A DNA stretch of 63,840 nucleotides, the filler included. It is 14 parts of 14 records of this genome, joined end to end, with 100 filler letters (N's around TTAATTAATTAA, not from the genome) between each part and the next. Parts side by side here need not be neighbours in the genome. Positions count along the whole stretch, not along the records: positions 53,382 to 56,730 come from SRR7504441_13402; positions 56,831 to 60,262 come from SRR7504441_13433; positions 60,363 to 63,840 come from SRR7504441_13437; 11 more parts are not named here. One strand, written 5' to 3'. The translations under genes were made by a program, and so were the position numbers. Shown here one piece after another: positions 53,382-63,840 of the stretch. The notes under the pieces were generated by a model. It saw only the letters and a program-made list of their open reading frames with translations. It ran no database searches and was not told the DNA's origin. Position 1 is the stretch's first letter; every line of letters begins with the position of its first letter.

Positions 53382-56300
53382 TGCATTCAATTCCAGCGAC
53401 CAGCGGCAGCGTTCTGCTGAGTGTCTCGACCACCGGTGCGCGGCCACACGCGCGTTGCGGGCGTACGGCGGCCGACGGGTGGGCGCAGGTGTCGGACTCT
53501 TTGGTCGAAATGAGCGAATCTCTGATCGGATCCGGCTCTGGCCCTGGGACTCGATCCGGTTCTGGTTGGCCGCGGCGAATACACTGGGGCTGGCGGTTAG
53601 CCTGATACGCCTGGCCGGGCCGAGCGGAGCGAGCAGGTGGTGAATGAGAAGATCGAGTGGTTCCGCACCAGCCAGGCTGCGGCCATAGCTGCTCTGCTCG
53701 AGGTGCGCCACTCAGTCACCGTCGATGGGCCTGTATCACCAGCTCAGACTAAGTGAGGGGTGTGTCTGCAGGAGCGAAAGCGGGTGGCGCTAGAGGATCA
53801 TGGGTTGGTGCTGGTAGTTGACCCACTGGAAATCCAGCTGCAAATTGAAGGACTCGAACGTGCGATCGACGCGCACGCTCAGGTGGCCCACAGAGACTCA
53901 GACCTCTGACTTCTCTGGCAGGGCAGCAGCTGTAGAAAGATCCGTCGGGAACTGCGAGCCCGGGTCAGGGACCTGCAGGCTCAACTCTCTCCTGCAGACA
54001 TCACTCAGCTGAAGGCCAGCCAGCCACTCTCGCTGGACGGCGGCTCGCTCGATGAGGCAGAGTGCCACACCCCAGAGAAACAGACTGCTGACCTGTCTGT
54101 CGCTCAGCCACCGGCCCCTGCTATGGCACGGTATAGACACAGCCGCGACAACGCGCTGCTGATGGAGGGAGAAATGCCGCGCTGTCTTTATGAAGCATGT
54201 AGCAAGGGTGATCTGAACCAGCTGACTAGGATCATCCTCCAGCATGATGACCAAGGGACTCTCGCCCAGCTTCTGCTCTCTCGACGGAAAAATAAGACAG
54301 CCTTGCACGTTTTGATTGGCAGTATGAGCGATGATCAAGACTGGATAGCGCTTATCAAGACGTTGGTTGAGTTTGGCTGCAGTGTTGATTCAGACTATGT
54401 CAATATGTCTTTCCCTCCGGAGATAGACGACATGTACCCCAATGGTTGCCTTGAATCATGCGACCAGGACGTTGCTGATTATGCCCGTGGTGCGTTCAAT
54501 AACCGGAAAGCACAGGGCTACAACATTGACGGGTGGACTGCTCTGCATCAGTTGTGCACGAGAGCTGCATATTCTGCCCACCTGACACAGTCCACCCTGG
54601 CGATCATGAAACTGCTGTTGGAGCACGGGGCCAACCCTGCGCCACAGGCAGTGTGTACTCATTATTCTTTAGCTGATACTATCCCAATATTTTCACCGCT
54701 CCAGGCTTTAAGGTGCAACAAAGCGCACTTAAAGTCAGATCTCTTCGATCAAGCCCTGCAGCTTCTGGGCTCTTGCCCAAACACTGAGGCTGGGAGCCAG
54801 CTCGGTGACCATCACGATCTAATGCGGATCGTGTTGGCTCGCTTGGACTCCAGTCAGCAGTTCACTAAGCTGAGCTTGGTCTCGACAGGCTGGAATCAGC
54901 TGTGCAACAGCCTCAGCACGCGGCTGCATGTGATGGCCCGGCGAACTTCGAAGCCTCGCCTTAAAGCACAGCTCGAAGACCTGTCGCTTACAGAGCTCAC
55001 TTACTACTTCGTCTCTCGCTGCCTCCCACTAGAGGAGCAATGCGATAGGCTCTCGAAGAAACCGGAACTGTCTTTGGATGCTGCCACGGCAATCAAAAAG
55101 ATCATGCAGCAGATCGAGGAGTCCAATGGCAAGGCGAGCCTAAATTCCTGTGCGGAATCTGCCCTTGGAGTCAGGCATCTGAAGCGGGTCGAGGCGCTCG
55201 AAGTTGACTGCTGTAGCTGCATTGAAGAGGTCAGTCTCATCGGCAATTACCTATTCTCTGAGCATTCGAATGACCTTCTATGGGAAATGTTCAACGAGGA
55301 TGAAGGACGAAGTGAGGAGGAGGAGAGCTGGCTGTCTTCATTGGAGCACCTGAGACTGTTCGATTGCAGAATGCGCGATGTATTCACTGTGCTTTCGAAC
55401 CTGCGCTCTGGACAGCAGCTCAGAACTCTTCAGATTGAGCTGCGAGCTGGTCAGCGTTCCTCCGAACAGGCCTCCGTCTTACTGCAACATATAGGGCGGT
55501 TGGATGTGAGTAACTTGATTGAAGTGAGGTTAATGCACTGCGGTCTCGATCCCACGACACTGCCAAGCTTGACCGAGCAAATTACAGGGAAATGTCTCCC
55601 AAGGCTGGAGCAAATTGACCTGAGATTCAATCAGGGCCTGCTGGGACCCCTGGTGCGTGACGTGGCTTCAGTCGCGCTCTTGATGCATTCTAGCCCAGGT
55701 CACTACATATGGGGATCCTGCTTAATCTATAACCCGATCGCCCGGAAGTCCGAAAGCTTTTGGCACGCGGTATACAGCGCTCCATTGCAGGCGTTCCTGA
55801 TGGCAGTCGGACAATCTGGCACCGTCAAGTCTCTCGATCTGCGTGGGAATCTCTTGCCGCCCAGATTCATCGTTGATCAGGTGGTTGCGATCTTAGACGA
55901 TCCAGAGTCTGTGCTGCAGAATCTCGGACTGCATGCTAGCCATCATGTCGAGTGGCGAGCATGTACGTTTCAATCTACTGATAGACAGGCAACACACGAA
56001 TATCATAAGGAGAACGCACAGGCTGCAGTGCGCATAGGCAAAGCATTTGCACGCAAGGGGATACCTCACAAGGAGATGGAGGTATGTAGTGTGAGGCGAG
56101 CCGACCCTTGGATTACCTGCATTCACCACGGCTACACACCGGGGATTGGGGGAGGGATCATGGCCTTGCTTGGTCAGTTCATAGATCAAATGTACAGCCT
56201 CGACCTAGCAGCGACCCGCTTGGAGGCATCAGGCGTCTCTGTGCTCGCGGAGCTCCTGTGCGATCTTCGACTCGAAAAACTGAATCTTCGAGATACTCAA

Positions 56301-56730
56301 GTGTGCAATATCATGCAAGAGGATTCTGGCGACTATTTTGCACACAGGCTCCTTGATTTCTTCCCTCAAGGTATACGAGATTTGGCAGCCACGGTTGCAG
56401 TGCATGCGGTGCTGAAAGAACTCGATCTCAGTCAAAACTACCTTGGCTACAAAGGGGCCTCGGCAGTTGCGCTCATGCTGAGCAGCAACACACTGCAAAA
56501 GCTGAACTGCTCTCATTGCGAAATCACATCAGTGGCGACGCACTGGCATTCTCCTCCAAGGAGCAGCATACAGGCTCAAGAGCTGCCAAGAGACTCTGGA
56601 CGATTAATCGAGTACTTTGGGCTGTCTGAACTCGCAGCTGCACTGAAAACCAATACTTCGCTCACCTCACTGGATCTGAGTGGCAACAGGATCGACGGCC
56701 GAGGCGTGTTTAATGATCTCTCAGGCACAG
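53382..56730 (+). CDS. PH/PTB-like + ankyrin + F-box + RNI-type LRR protein, partial at both ends
   Basis: Spliced 5' exons give LWPWDSIRFW...WFRTSQAAAIAALL; KTALHVL, GWTALHQL, MKLLLEHGANP; DLMRIVLARLD...LSLVSTGWNQLC; LKELDLSQNYLG, LAAALKTNTSLTSLDLSGNRI. Confidence 0.75.
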
Positions 56731-56830
56731 NNNNNNNNNNNNNNNNNNNNNNNNNNNNNNNNNNNNNNNNNNNNTTAATTAATTAANNNNNNNNNNNNNN
56801 NNNNNNNNNNNNNNNNNNNNNNNNNNNNNN

Positions 56831-59800
56831 CAGGATTATAGCTGCGCAGCCTTCACCACGAACAAGGCCATCAGCGAATCGATCGAATGGTTTCACCTGA
56901 GAACAAGAGAGCTCAACGGGCAAAGCGGAAGCTAGCTAATAAACTCTACCTGTCCAGAAGACGAGAGAATGCCCCAAAAATAAATTGTCTGGTTTGCATT
57001 GGGATTTTGCATCAGGGTTGCAGAGCCAACGATACAAAGCTCACATGCACTCGAGTGTAGCAGTTCGCATGCATGATGGCAAGCTACATGGGCGGCAGAG
57101 CAACCTGTATTGACGTTCGCAAATGAGTGATTGCATCGTAATAAGCCAGCTAACCTCCTTGGACTCTGGCATTCGTATTCCCCAGGATCTTGATAATCCG
57201 TCGCAGCAACAACTGTGAATAAAGCAGTGAGATCAGGATGAATACTATCCAGATCCCGACTGGCATCATACAACGCCTCAACCACCACTGTACTTAGCTT
57301 CTGTTCAGTTGGATCCATTTGATCCAGCACTGTGCTGCGCACCCCGAAGAAGCTTGCATCAAAATAGCTCAAACTGCTCATGAAAGCACCCACCATCAGG
57401 TGCTTGGGTGGACTGGCACCAAAGGCTGAGCTCACACTCTTCAACCAACGCTGCGGAGGAACTGCCTGGATGAGACTCAAGGCTGACGTAAGGCACTGCC
57501 AAAACTTTGCAACGTCTTCAATATCAGATGCAACAGCACACGCCATGCCAGTTATTGAAACCACAGAGGCTTCAGACTTTGAGACTTCGGTAGACTCGAT
57601 CATTCCGGCTTGAGGCTTGGCTGGCCACATGGTCGATACAAGAAAGTCTGCAACTCTTGATACGGTAGGGCACTTGAAAAGTAGGTCCGGAGGCAGCGTG
57701 ATTGTCTGCAGGTGAGCAGATAGATGATCGCGCAATCGGATGGATTTCAGTGAGTCCAGACCACATTCCAGCAGGAGATCATGAGATTCTACCGTCACTC
57801 CAACCACCGCTTGCACGCCTTCTGTTACAAAAGCTTCCATGAATTCAAGCTTCTTTTCAGCAGGGAGAGTGTGAAGCGTCTGGGCGAAGTCTACAGCTAC
57901 TTGGCTCTGACGCGAGTCCTGCTTTGCGGAGCTTGCCACAACGGTCATGGATTGCCATGAGTGAATGGCGTCCCTAATAGCACTCAAGCTCTCTGGGTTA
58001 CGTAAAGTACTAGTGTCTCCAAGAGCCTGGTCACGGAACAAAGCCTGGATCATCCGCCGCATGTACTTTCCAGTTGTTGTCTCAGGAAACGCGGGCACTG
58101 CCAGGAATGCAATCGGAATGGCATGATTACCAACCTGTTGAGACACATACATGCTAAGGCGTTTCTTCACCGTCTCTGACAGGTTGTTGTCTAAGCTTTT
58201 GATGAATGCCACGGGAACCTCCCCACTGATGTGATGAGCGACTCCAACCACAATGACGTTTGCTACAGGTGAATCATCGTATAGAGTCTTGTCTGTGAGA
58301 ATGGCTCCCTCAATTTCGCCTGTGCCCACTCGGACACCGTTTGTGTTGATTACATCATCACTGCGGCCCGTCATGTAGAACTGGTTGCTGGATCCCTTCA
58401 GCGAGACATCTCCCTGGCAAAAGGCCATCTGGGTGGCACCACCAGCAGGCTCAGATTCAGTAGCTATGAATCGGGAAAAATACGTTTGCTTGAATTGCCG
58501 TATGTCCCCACTCCACTGAAGGCTGCACACATTCTCTACATCGCCCCAGAGCGTTCGTGCAAGATATGGGTAGGGACGAGTGATAACAATTTCACCGGTT
58601 TCACCAGCATCAGCAATACGATAGGCCGAGCCAAAATCAGAGTCGTCAACAGGGACCCAAACTTCAGCAAATATCCACGGTAGGGAATAGGTTCGAGCAT
58701 CTGGTAGAAGGGGCTCTTCTAGCGGATTGGATATCAGGTTTGACAGCACAATGCCTCCATGCTCTGTACCCCAGTAAGAGTTGATGTACTGAGGGGTCAA
58801 ACAGTCCATTCCGAATTGCTGGACTGCTGGATTGACAGGCTCTGCGCAGAAGGTGGCCACCTTGAGAGTGACATTAAGTTCGTATCGCTGTAATGCATCT
58901 TTAGCACCAGCCTGGCTCATCACAGACTTCAAGAAAGTGACTCCAGCCTTGAATATGGTGATATTGTAGTGCTTGATCATTCCAGCAAAGCGGTACCGGT
59001 GAGGATAAACAGGATTTGCTGAGCTGATCACACTGGTTACTCCAGAAGCCAAGGTGGCTGCGATCATGTAAGACTGGCCTGTGATCCAACCAGGAGTAGC
59101 AACCACCAAGGCAGTATCAGCAGCAGGCGTTGCATCGAAGCAGGCAGCCATAGTCAGCAACAGACCTGCGAGATATCCATGGCAGTGGACAACACCCTTT
59201 GGTTTGCCAGTTGAACCACTTGTGAATATTGTAAACAGGGGAAAGTTGGCCTCCACAGGCAGAGCTGGGCAATCTCTGGAGTAGTAGGTGACTTTGTCGC
59301 TCTTCTCGAGCAGATCAGTCAAGAGCACCTCAGAAGGTTGCAGAATATCACTGACCTCACCTACCAACAGGAGGCCAACAGGCGTTGTGAACCCAGTACA
59401 GGCCTCCTGAACAAGCGTCGACCTGCAAAGTTTGAGCATGCTCGCATCTGCAACAATCAGCTCCGGCTGAAGAGCTTCCACCCGAACTGCAAACGACTCG
59501 GCAGTGATGGCTGGTGGGACAGCAGTGTACACCACTGCGAGATGCTTGCATGCCTCTATCCAAACAAGGTGAGCTTTTGTGTTTGACATAGCGAAGATCA
59601 CACGCTTGCCTTGTGCGAGGCCCATGTCTTCAAGAAAGCGTGCTGCCATGCATACCTCAGATAAGAGCTCATAGTAGTTAACTCGGCTGCATGATTCAGG
59701 AGCCCCCAACGAATTACAGGCCTCAGCGCCCCACGCCACCCCATCCTCAATCACCGCAATTCCTAAACCGCCGTCCTCAAGAACGTGCCGATCAATCTCA

Positions 59801-60240
59801 TTGAAACTGCAGTTGGTCAGACCTCCCTTGAACCATTCAAAGTATGGGGCACGGCTAGCCCCGCAAAGCTCTGTCCAGGGCGTCCACGGATAGTCTAGGG
59901 TAATGGGTGAGTACGCAGCAGTCTCCCACCCAGCCCACTGCTCACGTGTGCTACTCCAAGTCACCCACGCCTGCAACTCAGCGTGGTACCAGTAGATGAG
60001 CTCTCTCGCATAAAGCCCATGAAAGAGGCTGGAATCAATGGTGTCCACAACACCGCTGCCTCTGAGAAGAGCGAGAATATGTTTGGCTGCTGCAGCTTTG
60101 CCTCCAGTGGCCACTGCAGCTACAGAGCGGCGCCCTTGCTGAGCGTGGCCTCGAGCTGTAGTACGATCTGGTGGCGAAGGATGACACGATGAGTCCGTCG
60201 GGCCAGTCTGGGTCGCTGGCCAGCCCCGGCCGGGCCCCAT
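56831..60240 (-). CDS. Acyl-AMP/CoA ligase (propionyl-CoA-synthase type) - ACP - ketosynthase fusion; type I PKS N-terminal part, 3'-partial
   Basis: FTSGSTGKPKG, YWGTEHGG, GRSDDVIN, PETTTGKYMRR (ligase); GLDSL (ACP Ser at 57751-57753); VSITGMAC, FDASFFG, MDP, NTGCSA (KS Cys at 57100-57102); after intron 56897-56949 the frame continues VKPFDRFADGLVRGEGCAAIIL. Confidence 0.9.
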
Positions 60241-60605
60241 TGCTGCCCGTCGCCACTGGGCCNNNNNNNNNNNNNNNNNNNNNNNNNNNNNNNNNNNNNN
60301 NNNNNNTTAATTAATTAANNNNNNNNNNNNNNNNNNNNNNNNNNNNNNNNNNNNNNNNNNNNACCCGTCGTCCTCCATGCTCTCGCACACGCCCTGCCCC
60401 AGCCCCTCAGTGTCGGTCACCCGAGCGTCGGTGCCATTGGGTGGGCTAATCGCTTCCGTTACAGTTACCGTTGATTTCAGCACCGGGGTGCAGTGTGGCG
60501 CAGTCATTCAGAGACCAGCAGACACCACGGCCGAGCCACAGAGCAAGCGCCAGAAGAGCAGTGCCCGCTCAGCTATGCTGCCAGGCTGAGCTATGCTGCG
60601 CAGGC

Positions 60606-61864
60606 ATGGGCAAAGACTACTACCAGATCTTGGGGGTCCCGAGGGACGCTGACGACGAGGCGTCCAGACCGGCTGCACAGCTCTGACAGGGGGGCAGGCG
60701 CTCAAGAAGGCGTACCGCAAACAGGCGATGAAGTCAGTGATGCCCCGGGCCCAGCCCCTTAGTGGTGGGGCAGGTGGCACCCGGACCGGAATCAGGACAA
60801 GAAGGAGGAGGCCGAGGAGAAGTTCAAGGAGGTGGCCGAGGCTTACGACGTGCTGACCGACTCCAACAAGCGGGCCGTCTATGACCAGTACGGCGAGGAG
60901 GGGCTCAAGTCTGGTGCCCCGCCGAGCGGACCGGGCAACTCCTCCGCGGGTGGTCAATTCCAGGGTCCGGGCGGTCCTGGGTTCGCCTACCAGTTCCAAG
61001 GCGACCCCAACGACATTTTCGCCCAGTTCTTCAAGGGAGGGGTCCAAAGATCCAATTCGTTCGGCAACCACGAGCCCGGGCCCGACGGCGGGGCCGATAT
61101 GTTCTTCGACATGTTCGGAGCCGACGGGTTTTCGAACATGCGCAGCCGCGGTGAGAGCAAACCATGGTGCCGCTCGCGGAGGTGACTGGGTCCAGGGCAC
61201 CCGAGGCAGCAGCGGAACCGGGCTGTCACGGTGGATCTGCCGCTCAGCCTGGAACAGTTGTACGAGGGTCGGCCGGGCCCGGGCCTGGGGCCGATTGTTG
61301 GGCCAGGCTGCACCAAGAAGCTTAAAGTGACTCGGAAGAATATCAGGCTGCAGCGCGACACGGAGAAGGCAGCTGGCAGGCCTTGCTGGACCGAGCCAGA
61401 CGCAGGTGATTGAGCTCGAGGTGAAGCCTGGCTGGAAGTCTGGCACCAAGATCACCTTCAGCGGCGAGGGCGACGAGCTTTCCAACGGAAGCTGCCAGGA
61501 CATTTGCTTTGTGATCCGATGCAAGAAGCATCAGCATTTCACACGGGATGGCTCCGACCTGATTTTCCACTCCAAAGTGAAGCTAGTGGACGCACTGGCC
61601 GGGTTCCAGATGGACGTACCGGCGCTGGATGGCAACATCCTGAGGGTGAACGTACGTGATGTGGTCACCCCGGGATACACAAAGGTGATTGCTGGACGTG
61701 GGATGCCCAGTTCTAAGAACCCGGAGTATCGTGGGGATCTAGTGATGACGTTCGACGTGGAGTGGCCAAAGTGAGTGGCGGTTGATGTTGGCTGCTCAGT
61801 GTCTGGTGGCAGGTCACTCACGGATGATCAAAAGGCGCAATTGAAAGCCGTGCTAGGAGACTAA
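60606..61864 (+). CDS. DNAJB: Class B DnaJ/Hsp40 (Sis1/DNAJB type), 6 introns
   Basis: [42 protein letters not shown] region, [38 protein letters not shown]; introns 60660-60697, 60733-60773, 61151-61195, 61268-61306, 61369-61405, 61771-61812. Confidence 0.95.
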
Positions 61865-61999
61865 TTCCGTGACATAGCTTATGCATGGAACTCGCTATAC
61901 CCACAGCCCTGCTGCAAAATAGTATAGGAAGCCTAGGATTGATTAGAATGACCTAATGTATACATGTACACTAATTATACACTAATGACATTGTGTTTT

Positions 62000-63840
62000 A
62001 ACACGGTGTGGCGAACGAGGACTAAGTGTTGGACTACGCGAACAACCTAAGCAAGTCATCGGTGTGCCTCCCCGGCTCGCCCCCTTTGCCCGGGCCCCAG
62101 GTGTTCTCGGTGTTCTCGGCGGACATTGTTAGTTGCAAGTCGTGCAGGTTCGAGTATTTACTGTAATAATCACTTAATGCCAGAAGTCTTACATAAGATC
62201 ACATGCGGTATCTTCGCCTGTACATTTTCGATGTTTTGACAGTATTCCGGGCCGATACAAGCACTGCATGGTAGGCCATTTCATCTTCTAGGACGTCAGC
62301 TACGGGGCGATCAGTCCTATCCGATTGCGAGCGCCAACCGCCTGCAGGTTCGATGTTGTCATCCGCCAACTTGATTTGTAATTCCAGGTTTGCCTCAATG
62401 TACCTCTCCACCTCAAGCTCGAGCTCGGCATGGTGCTGTCTCAGGTTTAGTATCCTTTCTGCCTGAGTCTCCAGCGCGTCTTCCACCCGCACTGTGTACC
62501 TAGGGATTGTGGTCTTTGCAACAGCCTTCTCGGCAACGGTCAGTGCCTAGCCACAGTCACAGTCAAGCCGCCGGCTAGATAATCGGAGCACCTTGAGGGC
62601 CGCAGTCTCTTGGATCAGCTTTGAAATCAATGTCTGCAGCTCTGGCGTCTCTCGAGGCATTGCAGAGTTCGCCTTTTGGTGCTCAACGCTGATGTCGTCC
62701 AAGAGCGGGCTCAGCTCATCAGGAATTTCTAGCTCTGATGTATCGAGCACCTGCTCGAACCCACTTCCAGCCTGTGCGCCCCCTTGCTCGAGCAGTTGGC
62801 AATAATTGGCCACAGCATCCTACAATATCACTCAGGCGGGACTTAGCCACTGGGCACCTTAAGCTTTGTGAGAGCAATTTTATATATTCCGCGCCTGCTG
62901 GTGTTGGCCTCGATCACCGACTCGGCTTGCACTATCAGCACAGCCCGCTCCTCGCGCTTGATTGCCACCTCGGCCTGCAGCCGGTTCCGTTCCAGCCTCT
63001 CCTGCTCCATCTTGTCATGCATTTCCTCAATCTGAAGCTGGACTTGCTCTGGACTGGCATCACCTGACGCCGCAGCCTCGGCTTCAGCCGCCACTGGGGG
63101 GATACCAGTAGCGGCCGAGGCCGAGGCTGCGGCGTCAGCGAAGGCCTTTGCGGATGCAGCGCCGCCAAGTTCGGTTTGCTCGAGGATCTCCGCGGCGCTT
63201 TCATTGATCATCTCAATCATAATGAAGACCGCTTTAAATTCTGCGAGTATGCGCGACCGGTCCGGCTGCTGTACAATGTTGTACCCGAGACAGCGCATCA
63301 CCTGGCGGAACGAGTAACCATACTCGACCTTCTGCGCATCGTCCGACAGGCGCTGAGGGGTGAGCGCGTCGAATTCCGGTGACTTCTGCGAGAGCTCGTC
63401 TGAGAGCGAAAGTAGGCGCTGCCGCACCAAGAGTCAGCCCGGCCGCAGACTGAATGGGGCTGCACCTCCATTCGATCAAGCACAGTCTGGGCCACTTCCT
63501 GGCCTGTCAGCTCGAGCAGCTTGTTGTCCAGAGAATAGAGCGCATCCAGATCAAGCGTGCCCATCGGTGGCCCACACTCGTCCGTGGTCCAAGCAACCAG
63601 CAGCTGGTCTAGCCCGGTCTAGCACAGCGCCAGTTAGAGACACCTTCAGCGTTAGTCTGGCACCTTCTGAGCCGAGACCGAATTGAGCAAGTGGCAAAGA
63701 GAGAGGTCTCCCGCCATTTTCTCACTGCTATGCAGATAGCCTGGCGATGTCCATTTCCGCCACAGCCCTGGCACCCAGTCTAGTTGGGCCTATCGCCTTG
63801 GCACAGGCACCTTCCAGCTGCAGTTTGCGCTCGAGCAGTT
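62000..63840 (-). CDS. Hypothetical coiled-coil protein, multi-exon, 5'-partial; 3' end approximate
   Basis: Consecutive minus-strand ORFs (63298, 62843, 62547, 62199) with coiled-coil character, separated by short intron-like segments. Confidence 0.55.

Overview
Eukaryotic nuclear DNA from a GC-rich, gene-dense unicellular organism, probably a flagellated protist; the lineage cannot be fixed from this window. The window is not contiguous: 14 short contigs are joined by 13 artificial 100-nt linkers (N44-TTAATTAATTAA-N44), so synteny across linkers is meaningless. About 30 protein genes are recognisable, many split by very short spliceosomal introns. They include CacyBP, an RWP-RK transcription factor, NSUN5, an MFSD14-like transporter, eIF4G, PGK, TMEM144, COMMD1, LIN9/ALY, an EDEM-type GH47, eIF4E, DnaJB and ankyrin/LRR/F-box proteins. 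No rRNA, tRNA, CRISPR array or transposon could be supported. The most notable observations are: (1) a polyketide-synthase-like gene in which a ligase resembling the 3-hydroxypropionate ligase domain of bacterial propionyl-CoA synthase is fused to ACP and KS; (2) 35-50 nt G-rich introns with no polypyrimidine tract, about 20% GC-AG donors and a frequent YGAG motif at the branch position; (3) an EDEM mannosidase fused to a cereblon-like CULT domain; (4) a bacterial/plastid-type PGK with an apparent mitochondrial presequence; (5) head-to-head gene pairs with only 29-230 nt between start codons. All family calls come from motif recognition by eye, not database searches, and exon structures are manual predictions.
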